Below, piece by piece: positions 26,900 to 35,450 of a stretch of DNA of 64,000 nt. The DNA is taken from assembly GCA_040752145.1 (NCBI GenBank), contig JBFMFL010000004.1, positions 13,031 to 77,030 of the forward strand, in the 5' to 3' direction. The notes beneath the pieces were generated by a model that searched no databases, was not told where the DNA came from, and saw nothing but the letters and a program-made list of their open reading frames with translations. How positions within the stretch are numbered: position 1 is the first letter of the stretch; the number at the start of each line of letters is the position of its first letter. Origin of the DNA: Gemmatimonadota bacterium (GTDB lineage: Bacteria > Gemmatimonadota > Gemmatimonadetes > Longimicrobiales > Longimicrobiaceae). The translations under genes were made by a program, and so were the position numbers.

Positions 26900-27364
26900 C
26901 TACGGGAGGGCGGCGGCCCAGCGGCGGACGTCCCCGAAGCAGTAGGCGGAGCCCGCCGAGAGCGGGCGGTCGTCGGCGTGGCCCTCGGCGTTCGCGACGG
27001 CGAGGGCGGCGCGCCAGTCCGCGCGGTAGACGCGGGCGAGGACCTCGTCCAGCGCCTCGCGGGCGGTGAGCGTGGGGGTGGGCGCGGCGATCCCGAGCTC
27101 GCCTCGCAGCCGGACGAGGAGCGCCTCGATGGTGGTGAAGGTGCGGACGGAGGCGCTCGGCGCTCCGTGCCGGACGGCGCCGAGCAGGAAGGTATTCGCG
27201 GCGACGAGCACGTTGAGGGTGGAGGGCCCCCACTGCGGAGGCGCGTCGGCGTCCGGAATCACGATCTCGCCCTCGTACTCGGGGTCGGACTCGTAGAGCT
27301 TGACCTCGCGGACGGGGATGCCGGCGGCGCGGAGCTGCTCGGCGATGGCGGCCAGTTTGTACAT
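26900..27364 (-). CDS. Hypothetical protein (154 aa)
   Basis: Start at ATG 27364: 'MYKLAAIAEQLRAAGIPVREVKLYESDPEYEGEIVIPDADAPPQWG...'. Confidence 0.55.
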   Translation of the reverse strand: MYKLAAIAEQLRAAGIPVREVKLYESDPEYEGEIVIPDADAPPQWGPSTLNVLVAANTFLLGAVRHGAPSASVRTFTTIEALLVRLRGELGIAAPTPTLTAREALDEVLARVYRADWRAALAVANAEGHADDRPLSAGSAYCFGDVRRWAAALP

Positions 27365-27451
27365 GGGGCGGACGGCGATCCGGGTGGGTGGTGTGCGGCG
27401 GGCCGGGGCACAGGTCCGTACCCCGCCCGGGAGGGACACGCCGACGCCGGG

Positions 27452-28441
27452 CTACTCCCCTGGCTGTGGCGGGGACATGCCGCGGGCGACGCTGGCCGCG
27501 GCTGCCCGGAGCTCGGCGATCGCCTGGCGCTGGGCCGGGGCCGCGTGGCTGGCCACGGAGTCGATCAGCCTGGTGGCCTCGGGGATGCGGCGCTGCGCGA
27601 CGCGGAGCCACGCGAGGTCGAGGAGCACGCTGGCCCCGTGGGAGGTGCGCGGGTCGCACAGGCGCTTCGCGGCGGAGACGAAGGGCTCGGCGGCCGCGAG
27701 GTCCCCGCTGATCGTGGCGAAGCGGATCAGCGCGTGGAGCGTCCGCGCGTGCGCGCTGGGGAGACCGGCCCGGCGGGCGGCGCGGAGCGCGCGGACGAGG
27801 TGATGGCGCGCGGCGGCCGGCTTCCCGTCGTGGACGAGGATCCACGCGAGGTCCACGGAAGCCTCCGCGTAGGCGTTCGGGTCGGTGGCGGAGCGGGCGA
27901 GGGTGAGGGTGCGGCGGAACCACGTCTCCGCGCGGACATACCGCCCGGTGCGGTACAGGAGCTCGCCGGCGTGCAGGGCGAGGTTGGCGGACCGGGGGTG
28001 CGTCAGGGCCGCGGCCTGCGCGAACTCCACGGCGGTCCCCGGTGCCTGCTGCTCCTCGGCCCACGTGGAGATGGCGTAGCATGCGGCGGCGACCGGGACG
28101 GGATCGGCGGCCTCGCCCTTCGCGAGTACCAGGTTCGCCAGCTCCTCCAGCGACTGGCCGAGAGCCGGGGCCGGCCGGGCGCGGGCGAGCAGCCGCTGAC
28201 GGGATTTCAGGGCGGCCGCGGTGAAGAGGAGCGGGCGCCGGTCCGGCGGGGTCGCGGTCCAGAGCAGGACGCTGCGGAGCGTCTGGAAGAGGGCCACGCC
28301 GAGCGCGTCCTCGAACTCGCCGAGGATGGAGACGCCGTCGAGGGTGTCGCCGGGGTCGCGGAGGAGCGCGGGAGGAGCTGCGGCCGGGCGGCCGGGGCGC
28401 GGCGTCGCCCCGGAGGGGCCGGTGAGGGTGCGTCGCTTCAT
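27452..28441 (-). CDS. TPR-like helical regulator-type protein (family copy 3), embedded in the gene run
   Basis: Same family layout as 17909..19264 and 36934..38277: 'LFQTLRSVLLWT', then repeated helical pairs, 'ARRAGLPSAHARTLHAL'. Start at ATG 28441, or at 28537. Confidence 0.6.
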   Translation of the reverse strand: MKRRTLTGPSGATPRPGRPAAAPPALLRDPGDTLDGVSILGEFEDALGVALFQTLRSVLLWTATPPDRRPLLFTAAALKSRQRLLARARPAPALGQSLEELANLVLAKGEAADPVPVAAACYAISTWAEEQQAPGTAVEFAQAAALTHPRSANLALHAGELLYRTGRYVRAETWFRRTLTLARSATDPNAYAEASVDLAWILVHDGKPAAARHHLVRALRAARRAGLPSAHARTLHALIRFATISGDLAAAEPFVSAAKRLCDPRTSHGASVLLDLAWLRVAQRRIPEATRLIDSVASHAAPAQRQAIAELRAAAASVARGMSPPQPGE

Positions 28442-28544
28442 CTGGGGCTTCTCATTCGGGGCGGGACGTGTGACTCCACGGCGGGGAGGTGCGGGCGCCC
28501 GCGCGGTCGCGCCCGGGGAGGTGGTCCCCGGGCGCATGTGGTGG

Positions 28545-29255
28545 TCAGGCGGCCCAGCGGGCGTCGCCGTCCCGGTAGGGGTGGTGGGAGGCGTCGAACT
28601 CGTCGCAGGCGCGGTCCTCGTCGGGCCCCCACTCGTCGCCGTAGTGGTTGCCGCCGTAGAGGGTGCCCCGGCCGGCGCGGACCTCGTCCTCCATGTGGAC
28701 CAGGTCGCGCGCGATGCGCATCAGCGTCTCGAGGTCGATGGTGTAGCCCCGCTGTGCGAGCTTGACGACGCGCTCCAGGGTGTTGAACCAGGGGATGCCG
28801 TCGCGCGGCGGGCCGGAGTAGCTGAGCCGGAGGGCCGTCAGGTCGTCGTAGAAGTCCTCGTGCGCGGCGGAGCGCCAGCTGCGGGTGGGCGTCCACCAGA
28901 CGGCGGCCTTGCAGACGGTGAAATCGAACCCGTCGAGGAGGTCGGCGACGTCGTGGAAGGGGCGCCCGAAGATGATCTGGACGGGGGTGGGGAGCTCGAC
29001 CGTGAGCGCGATCGACGTCTCGGTGACGGGTGCGCCGTCGGCGAGGGCGGCCGCGATCCGGCGGGCCTCGGCGGCCGTGGCCTGGACGAAGACGTCGATG
29101 TCGCGGATCGGGGCGCCGGAGACGACCGAGCGGATCATGCCGCCGGCGAGGACGGCGCGGGGGCCCAGCTCGCGGAGCGTGCTGGCGACCGCGGCCGGGA
29201 TCAGGTCGAGGACGGCGCGGAGATGGCGCTCGCGAAGGGGGGCGGTCGGCTGCAT
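28545..29255 (-). CDS. Pol-beta-superfamily nucleotidyltransferase (CCA-adding/poly(A)-polymerase-like head domain)
   Basis: 'VLAGGMIRSVVSGAPIRDIDVFV' fits the 'GG.vRD...g....DiD' catalytic signature. High GC3 continues upstream of the ATG in this frame, so it may be fused to the upstream ORF. Confidence 0.6.
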   Translation of the reverse strand: MQPTAPLRERHLRAVLDLIPAAVASTLRELGPRAVLAGGMIRSVVSGAPIRDIDVFVQATAAEARRIAAALADGAPVTETSIALTVELPTPVQIIFGRPFHDVADLLDGFDFTVCKAAVWWTPTRSWRSAAHEDFYDDLTALRLSYSGPPRDGIPWFNTLERVVKLAQRGYTIDLETLMRIARDLVHMEDEVRAGRGTLYGGNHYGDEWGPDEDRACDEFDASHHPYRDGDARWAA

Positions 29256-29309
29256 CGGCGGCTCCTGGAGAGAGGGGAGATGGATGCCCTCCCCGTTCTC
29301 CGGAGCGGT

Positions 29310-29706
29310 TTCCCGAGAAGTCGTCGCGGCTGCTGAGGAGGTGGGCGAAGCGGGCGTGCACCTCGGGGGTGGCGAACTGGTAGTGCCGGATCCGGCGGCG
29401 GACGATGTCCACGACGCGGTCGCGGTCGCGGTGGAGCTCGACCTGGTAGAGGTCGGCGTGCTTCCGGCCGCGGGGGGGTGGGGCGGCCTTGTCGTTGATC
29501 CGGCGGTGAAGGGCGGAGCGGAACTCGCGCCGGAAGGCGCCGGCGTCGAGCGGCGCCGTGTTCCAGTGCATCTGGATGGTGCCGCCGCCGTCGACGACCT
29601 GGAACGCGCGGCGGTAGAGGGCGAGCATCGTTCCGGTGTCCCGGTAGCGCCACGGCGTCCAGGCGGGCGGTCCCGGTCGCGGGGCTCGTTCGGAGGTCAC
29701 GGGCAT
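29310..29706 (-). CDS. Hypothetical N-terminal module; its frame has no stop before 28438, so it is probably joined to the nucleotidyltransferase by a 1-nt frameshift near 29307-29314
   Basis: 'MPVTSERAP...WRYRDTGTMLALYRRAFQVVDGGGTIQMHWNTAPLDAGAFRREFRSALHRRIND...RIRHYQFATPEVHARFAHLLSSRDDFSG' has high GC3. The bias then moves to the NTase frame ('APENGEGIHLPSLQEPPMQPT...') at an AAA/GGG run. Confidence 0.45.
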
Positions 29707-29761
29707 GCGTGCTGTCCGGATGGGCTTGCGTGCGCGGCCGCGGGCGTGGCCGTCGCGGGGT

Positions 29762-29959
29762 TCAGGATCCGCCGGTCCAGCGGAGGAGGGCGCCGCGTGT
29801 GCCGGGAAGGAGGTCGTGCCGGAGCAGGAAGGCGCGCACGCCGATGGCGCGGCCGTCCTCCTGCGCGGACTCCAGCACCCGGTCGACGTCGCACGCGCGC
29901 AGGCGCTCCGGCCCGTCCGCGGCCAGGTGGATGTAGCGAAGGGCGTCGGCGCTGCTCAT
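29762..29959 (-). CDS. Hypothetical small protein (65 aa)
   Basis: 'MSSADALRYIHLAADGPERLRACDVDRVLESAQEDGRAIGVRAFLLRH...'. ATGA overlap with the upstream gene. Confidence 0.5.
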   Translation of the reverse strand: MSSADALRYIHLAADGPERLRACDVDRVLESAQEDGRAIGVRAFLLRHDLLPGTRGALLRWTGGS

Positions 29960-30174
29960 GGGGTCGTGTCGGTTCGCGCGGCGCGGAGGGCCGCGGCGCA
30001 CATCGAGCCGCAGACGTGGGTGCCCAGGTCGGCGGCGTGGAACGCGAGGGCGCGGGCCCCGAAGGGCCAGCGGCAGGCGGGGCATCTGCTCGTGTCGTGC
30101 GGCGCCAGCACGCTCACCATGGTGAGGCCGTGGTGACGGGCGCGCGCGGCGAGCAGCTGGGGCAGCGTGGTCAT
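29956..30174 (-). CDS. Small Cys-rich (zinc-ribbon-like) protein (72 aa)
   Basis: '...SRCPACRWPFG...(20 aa)...HVCGSMCAAAL'. ATGA overlaps at both ends. Confidence 0.5.
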   Translation of the reverse strand: MTTLPQLLAARARHHGLTMVSVLAPHDTSRCPACRWPFGARALAFHAADLGTHVCGSMCAAALRAARTDTTP

Positions 30175-30269
30175 GGCACGGGGGGCGAGGGGGCGACGCC
30201 GACCTCGACGCCGGGGTGCGCGGCGGTGATCGAAGCGCCGGGCGCGGTGAGGCCGAGGGTGGCGTTCAT
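30171..30269 (-). CDS. Mini-ORF (32 aa)
   Basis: 'MNATLGLTAPGASITAAHPGVEVGVAPSPPVP'. High GC3, and its stop overlaps the next gene's start. Confidence 0.3.
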   Translation of the reverse strand: MNATLGLTAPGASITAAHPGVEVGVAPSPPVP

Positions 30270-30289
30270 GCGGGCTCCGGGGCTGGGGG

Positions 30290-30886
30290 TCAGGCCGCAG
30301 CCCGGGCGGCTTCCGGGGCGAAGACCGGTCCGGCGGCGGTGCGGACGATGCTGCCGAGGAGCTCGCCCGTGCTGACGTCGGTGACGACCACGGTGGGGTC
30401 GTGGTCGGGGTTGGGCCGGTCGAAGCGGAGGGTCGCCTCGGGGCGCGCGAGCGTGTCGGCCACCTCGCCGCGGAGGCGGGCCGTCAGGCGGATCGGCGGG
30501 GGGCGCAGGCGGTCCTCCAGCGTCCGGACGTAGGCGCGCAGCCCGGCCAGCAGGGTCCCGGCGGCACGGAGCACGATCGGGTCGCCGCACGCGAGCCTGA
30601 CACGGAGGACGTGTTTGCAGGGCCCCAGGAACGGGGGGCCGCGCCACGCCATGTCGCCGCAATCGCACGCGACGGCGGCGCTCGGGCGCACGTCGACGTA
30701 GTGCGGCTCGCGGCCGCCCGTGACGAGGTAGCGGCCGTCCTCCAGTCGCTCGGCGTCCAGCTCCAGGGCGCGCTCCAGGCGGGCGAGCTCGACGCCGGCG
30801 ACCTGGTGGCCGGAGAAGACGTGGGGCGTGGCGGAGCCCCCCCGGCGGGCGCTCCGCGGGAGCGGGGTGATGTCGGTCGAGCCCAT
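30290..30886 (-). CDS. SWIM zinc-finger protein
   Basis: CxC-x(n)-CxH signature: 'VACDCGDMAWRGPPFLGPCKHVLRVRL'. Confidence 0.65.
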   Translation of the reverse strand: MGSTDITPLPRSARRGGSATPHVFSGHQVAGVELARLERALELDAERLEDGRYLVTGGREPHYVDVRPSAAVACDCGDMAWRGPPFLGPCKHVLRVRLACGDPIVLRAAGTLLAGLRAYVRTLEDRLRPPPIRLTARLRGEVADTLARPEATLRFDRPNPDHDPTVVVTDVSTGELLGSIVRTAAGPVFAPEAARAAA

Positions 30887-31004
30887 CGGCGGCTCCGTCG
30901 TGGCGGGGGCGCGGGATGCGCACGCGAAAGAGGGGACGCCGACGCGAACACGCCGGCGCCCCCTCGATCGTTCTCCTGCTGCGATTCGGGAGATCAGGGG
31001 CGCG

Positions 31005-31208
31005 TCACGGCGAAGCCGGGGCGCCCGGGGTGTCGGTGGGGGGAGGCGGAAGAAAGCGGACCGCGGCGAAGCCCTGCCACCGCCCGTCGACCAGCTCCTG
31101 GCAGAAGGCGTATTCGGCCGGGCGGCCGCGGACGGTGGTGGGGCGGAAAGCCGTACGGCGGAACTCCGGGCCCTCCACGGCCCAGGCCGGAGCCTCCGGG
31201 GCGCTCAC
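31005..31208 (-). CDS. Hypothetical small protein (67 aa)
   Basis: GTG start overlaps the stop of the ThiF-like gene (GTGA at 31205-31208). High GC3: '...RPAEYAFCQELVDGRWQGFAAVRF...'. Confidence 0.4.
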   Translation of the reverse strand: MSAPEAPAWAVEGPEFRRTAFRPTTVRGRPAEYAFCQELVDGRWQGFAAVRFLPPPPTDTPGAPASP

Positions 31209-32008
31209 GCGAGGGCCGCGGCACGTTCGCGCAGGCGGCGGCGGATGCGGTGCTGCTGCTTGATCTCCCGCCATGCCTCGGCCTTGACCGGGATCCTGGA
31301 GTAGATGGCGCCGGCCGGGTCCAGGAACTCGGCGTGGTGGGAGATCTGGCCGAAGCGGAACAGCTGCTCCAGAAGGTTGAGGGCGTGGGTCGCGACCAGG
31401 CGGTTGAGGAACATCCCCTGGCGCTCGATCGACTCGGCCTGGGAGCAGCTGGGCAGGTTGTCGTCGTCGAGGGACGGGTCGATCATGTCCGGGTACAGCT
31501 CGGCCACCATCGGGAGACGCTGTGCCTCGAGGCGGTTGGGGCTGGTGCGCGGCTGGCCGAGGATGTACTGGCCCTTCTGGTCGGTGTTGCCGAGGTCGAG
31601 CCAGTAGATCACGGCGCTATTGTCGATCCGGTCATGGATCACCTGGCGGGCCCCGCGGGTGTCGACGCAGCTGATGACCAGGTCGTAGTCGACGTTTCCG
31701 CCCGTGGGGCTGAGCCGGGTGGGCAGCGCGCGCCAGCGCAGGCCCCAGTACGGGTTGATGCGGTCGATCAGCACCACCGCCTTGTTGGAGCCGACGTCCG
31801 CGGGGGAGAACACCTGGCGGACGCAGTTGGCGGTGGTGACGACGCTCCCGTCCATCGCCGTCACGGAGAGCCCGTGCGGGTGGCCGAGCGCCTTCATCCC
31901 CATGTGCAGGAACGGCAGGCCGGACAGGATGGCCGAGCCGGTGCCGCCGCATCCCACGACGAGAACGCGGACGGCGCGGGTCAGGAGTGCGGGGTGGAGG
32001 AGGTGCAC
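31205..32008 (-). CDS. ThiF/MoeB/E1-like adenylyltransferase (PRTRC-type ThiF family protein)
   Basis: Rossmann motif 'RVLVVGCGGTGSAILSGL', then 'DGSVVTTANCVRQ' and 'DLVISCVDTRGAR'. 267 aa. It directly follows the E2-like gene. Confidence 0.75.
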   Translation of the reverse strand: MHLLHPALLTRAVRVLVVGCGGTGSAILSGLPFLHMGMKALGHPHGLSVTAMDGSVVTTANCVRQVFSPADVGSNKAVVLIDRINPYWGLRWRALPTRLSPTGGNVDYDLVISCVDTRGARQVIHDRIDNSAVIYWLDLGNTDQKGQYILGQPRTSPNRLEAQRLPMVAELYPDMIDPSLDDDNLPSCSQAESIERQGMFLNRLVATHALNLLEQLFRFGQISHHAEFLDPAGAIYSRIPVKAEAWREIKQQHRIRRRLRERAAALA

Positions 32009-32012
32009 GGGA

Positions 32013-32723
32013 TCAGGACTCGATGAAGGCGGCGAGGGTCTCGTCGGCGGGCTTGAGGTGCTGCACGGGGAAGCGCTTGCGGCCGGCGAGCGGCTTCCAC
32101 AGCGCGTGGAAGCCCTTCGGGTGCGCGGTGGGGTCGAAGCGCAGCGTGTTGAAGTCGCTGCGGAAGTACCCCGCCTCCCAGGCGGGCATCGCGTCGACGC
32201 CGTGCTCGGACGGGCGCGGCATGGAGCCCATGCAGACGGTCTTGTCCGAGTAGTCGTTGGGGTACGGGGCCAGGAAGAGCGGGGTCTCCGGGGTGGGGGC
32301 GGTGGCGTCGCGGAGCGCGCGCAGCATCAGCTTCCCGTCGACGGCCTTCCAGACGAGGGCCGGGTGGGGGTACATCTTCCCGGACAGCTCGCTGAACGCC
32401 TTGCTGCTGCCCCGGAAGAAGAGCGCCCGCTGGCTGGGCGCGGTCCACCAGACGATGGTGTCGTCCGTGAGGCAGAGCACGTTCGGGGGCAGGTAGCGCC
32501 GGGTCAGCTGGCGGGTGCCGAGCGTCTTGCTGAGGTCGAGCAGGAACGCATGGCTGAGCAGCTGGTGGGGCCCGAGGCTCGCTTTTCCGGCGGCGTGGTG
32601 CTGCACCGGGTGCAGGGTGGCCATGGCGCGGACGCTGCTGCTCCCGCCCTCCCCGGTGTAGAGGAGGAGGCCGCCTGCGAGAGAGAGGCTGGTCTCGCGG
32701 CCGAGGTCGACGGAGCCGGTCAT
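32013..32723 (-). CDS. E2/UBC-like protein (PRTRC protein B-like)
   Basis: 'APYPNDYSDKTVCMGSM' has an HPN-like tripeptide (YPN) and a Cys with the same spacing as canonical UBC 'HPNINSNGSIC'. ATGA overlap with the upstream gene. Confidence 0.6.
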   Translation of the reverse strand: MTGSVDLGRETSLSLAGGLLLYTGEGGSSSVRAMATLHPVQHHAAGKASLGPHQLLSHAFLLDLSKTLGTRQLTRRYLPPNVLCLTDDTIVWWTAPSQRALFFRGSSKAFSELSGKMYPHPALVWKAVDGKLMLRALRDATAPTPETPLFLAPYPNDYSDKTVCMGSMPRPSEHGVDAMPAWEAGYFRSDFNTLRFDPTAHPKGFHALWKPLAGRKRFPVQHLKPADETLAAFIES

Positions 32724-33993
32724 TCGTCGTCGGGTGGCTTGACGTTGGAGTCGTTCTGGGGGGTCCGGTCGAGGATCCGGCTCGCCCCCACGAGGAGGGC
32801 GCAGAGCAGGGCGAGCCGGTCGAATGCGCTCCGGACGCTGGTGGGGTCGTCGGCGCGCATGATGAACAGGGAGGACGGGGGGTGGCTGCCGATCTGCGGC
32901 CAGACCTGGCTGTCCTCGTCCCAGTAGTGCTGGATGACGTCGCCCACCTCGTAGACCGCGAGGAGCGCCGGGAGCACGGGGCCGTCGTAGTAGCGGGAGC
33001 TGTCGAACGGGAGGCAGTCGGGCTCGGCCGTCGCCGCCAGGCGCGCCAGGTCCGCCGCATCCTGGAGGAGCGAGCGCAGATCCGGGGCGAGGGCGGAGCC
33101 GTGGGCGGCGAGGGCGGCCTCGGGCGCGACCGGAGAGCAGTGCATGTAGCCGGGCAGCACTTCGGCCGGGTCGTCCAGGTAGCTCATCCGCTCGGCCAGG
33201 TCTTCCCGGTAGGCTTCGTCGTCCTCGGACCCCGCTTCATCGCCCTCGAACTTCGCTTCCAGGCACTCGAGCTCGCCTTCCAGGCTCTCCTTCTCGCCCT
33301 CGAAGCACGCGAACGCGTCGGCGTGGTCGTAGGTCCGGAGCCAGTTCTCGAAGATGGCCAGGAAGGAGAAGTAGAAGGCGCTGGCGAGGTCGGGCGACAC
33401 CGCCTCGAAGCGCTGCAGCGTCGGCCCCAGCTCCGCGAAGGCGGCGCTGTAGGAGTAGACGCCCAGGTAGAGCGGGTCGCTGACGCCGCCGTCTCCCGTC
33501 CGCTTCTCGAAGCCGTTGTCGATGGCGAGGTGGGAGAGGCGCGCGGAGAGGGAGAAGCGGCGGTCGATCTCCGGGCCGCCGTGGAGCTGGAGCCAGCGGT
33601 CCAGCGTGCGCTGGACGAACTCGGTCGGCGAGCGGTCGCTGGCGAACCAGTCGGCGCCGAGGCCGATGCCGGTCTCCAGCAGGCTGCGGCAGAGCGCGAG
33701 GGAGCGCTCGTTGAGCTCGTGGATGCGGTGGACGACGGGGACGCCGTCCAGCAGCGGCAGGGTCAGAACGGGGGCGGAGCGAGGATCCCCGGGGGCAGGA
33801 ACAGCGGCTGCGACGTCGGGTTGCTGGTGTGCGCGCTGACGGCGCGGAGCAGAAGGTCGGCGGCGCGTTGCGAGTCGGGGCATCGCAGCAGTTCCTGGAC
33901 GATGGGGGTGTTGACGGGGCAGGTGCCCTGCGCGATCGAGTCGATGTCGCGCAGGGCTGCCTCCCGGTCCGGGTCGGGCGGCGCGTCCAGCAC
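32720..33993 (-). CDS. Large acidic helical protein (PRTRC protein F-like), with an apparent 1-nt frameshift near 33770-33774
   Basis: The real N-terminus appears to be the ORF 33763..33993 ('MLDAPPDPDREAALRDIDSIAQGTCPVNTPIVQELL...', high GC3). It runs into the 32720..33883 frame ('...PVLTLPLLDGVPVVHRIHELNE...') at a C5 run. The annotated N-terminus of the latter ORF has poor GC3. Confidence 0.55.
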
Positions 33994-33996
33994 CGT

Positions 33997-34239
33997 TCAG
34001 CCCTTGGAGCCGAGCACGGTGGTGAGGGTGTGCACCCGCTTGTTGCCCTTCACCTCGGGGCCGGAGACCGTGGCGGTGGCGATGTCGGGGTAGCGCGCGG
34101 CGTAGAAGCGCTTCGCCTGCTCGATGTCGGTCTCGCCGGCGGGGAAGGGGAGGGTGGTGCCGTTGTACGAGATCGTGTCGGTGATCTTCTCGACCGTCAC
34201 GCCGCGGCGGGCGGGCTGGATGGTTCCGGTGGTCGGCAT
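33997..34239 (-). CDS. Ubiquitin-like small protein (PRTRC protein C-like)
   Basis: 80 aa: 'MPTTGTIQPARRGVTVEKITDTISYNGTTLPFPAGETDIEQAKRFYAARYPDIATATVSGPEVKGNKRVHTLTTVLGSKG'. It ends in a free C-terminal Gly. Size and position fit the Ubl of E1/E2 cassettes. Confidence 0.6.
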   Translation of the reverse strand: MPTTGTIQPARRGVTVEKITDTISYNGTTLPFPAGETDIEQAKRFYAARYPDIATATVSGPEVKGNKRVHTLTTVLGSKG

Positions 34240-34286
34240 GTGGGGTTCGCTTCCTGGGGGAGGTTGAGGGTGGTGCCGGAGGTGGG

Positions 34287-34802
34287 TCAGTTCGCCGCGG
34301 CGGCGACGGCGGGCGCGCCCATCACGTCGATCCCGAACAGCGTCAGCTCGCCCGTGTCGGTGGGCTCCCGGGGCCCGCCCTCGTCGGGCACCTCGGTGGC
34401 GATCGCGACGGTGGTGATCGTGGTGGTGCGGGAGGCGGCGGCGCCCGCGGCGGCCCCGGTGCCGGTAGCTCCGGCGGCTCCTCCCGCGGCCTTCTTGGCG
34501 CCCTTGCCTTTCAGCGTGTCGCGCGCGGCCGCCGAGGCGGCGACGACCGCGGCCCTGACCTCGTCCAGCGTGGTCCGCAGGCCGGCGTGCGCCTCGGTGT
34601 ACTCGCCGAGGAGCTGCGGGAGCGCCTCGTCCACCTCGTCGTAGCTGCCGGTGACGAGGAGGGGCTCGCAGAGCGCGGGGTTGTCGTCCTTCGCGAGCTG
34701 CTCGGGGATGACCGCGACCTGGAGCTCGTCCTCGCCGAGCTGGCAGAGGGCGAGCATCACGGGGCGGCCGGTGGCGAGGATCGGGCGGAGTTCCTTGAGC
34801 AT
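34287..34802 (-). CDS. PRTRC protein E-like protein
   Basis: A ~90-aa globular N-terminus ('MLKELRPILATGRPVMLALCQLGEDELQVAVIPEQL...'), then an Ala/Gly/Lys/Thr low-complexity linker and an acidic tail. Confidence 0.5.
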   Translation of the reverse strand: MLKELRPILATGRPVMLALCQLGEDELQVAVIPEQLAKDDNPALCEPLLVTGSYDEVDEALPQLLGEYTEAHAGLRTTLDEVRAAVVAASAAARDTLKGKGAKKAAGGAAGATGTGAAAGAAASRTTTITTVAIATEVPDEGGPREPTDTGELTLFGIDVMGAPAVAAAAN

Positions 34803-34841
34803 TCGGATGTGGCGTTGGGGGGTGCTGGGCCGCGGTGCGGC

Positions 34842-35450
34842 CTAGCGGGAGGTCCAGACGTGGACGTAGCCGCGGTGATCGACGCTGCGCACGTCGGCCG
34901 CGAGCTGGAGCATGGTGCGGCCGATCGGCCACGCGTACGGGGTGAGAGGGTGAAGGGTGATCCCGTCGACGCCGGCGAAGGCGCCGCCGAAGGCGGCCCG
35001 GTGGAGGGCGCGCTGGAGGTCGTGGTCGGAGTCGCCGCGGTGCGCCGCCACCAGGTGCGCGCCGACTCCGGGGGCCTGGGCGAGCCACACCGTGGCGGTC
35101 GTGGGGTGGAAGCTGTGGCGGACGGTGGAGAGGTGGACCCGCGAGGCGGGGATGGCGAGCGGGGTCGCCGGCCGCGGCGGCGACGGGTCCAGCTCCCAGG
35201 CGCCGACGCCGATCGGGGAGACGAGGAATCCGCCGGCGCCGGCGGCGCTCGCGCGGAGAATGGCCACCACGGTGGCGATCCGGGTGCCCGGCGGAAACGC
35301 GGCCAGGCGGTCCACGTGCCCGGGCCGCAGCACGCGGTAGAGGGTCACGGGCGGCCCGAGGCGGGGCGGGCCGCGCGGCTGGAGCGCCGGCGCGGGCGCC
35401 CGTGCCGGCCGGGCGGCGGCCATGGACGGGGGACGTCGGAGGTCGATCAT
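34842..35450 (-). CDS. Hypothetical 202-aa protein in the position expected for PRTRC protein A
   Basis: ATGA overlap with the upstream gene. 'HSFHP' and 'GDSDHD' only loosely resemble a JAB/MPN metalloprotease motif. Confidence 0.4.
   Translation of the reverse strand: MIDLRRPPSMAAARPARAPAPALQPRGPPRLGPPVTLYRVLRPGHVDRLAAFPPGTRIATVVAILRASAAGAGGFLVSPIGVGAWELDPSPPRPATPLAIPASRVHLSTVRHSFHPTTATVWLAQAPGVGAHLVAAHRGDSDHDLQRALHRAAFGGAFAGVDGITLHPLTPYAWPIGRTMLQLAADVRSVDHRGYVHVWTSR

Noticed and set aside
34842-35450. Calling the 202-aa protein a JAB/MPN deubiquitinase
   Set aside because: No HxH-x7-S-xx-D JAMM motif is present in register, only 'HSFHP' and 'GDSDHD'. It is left as hypothetical in the protein A position.
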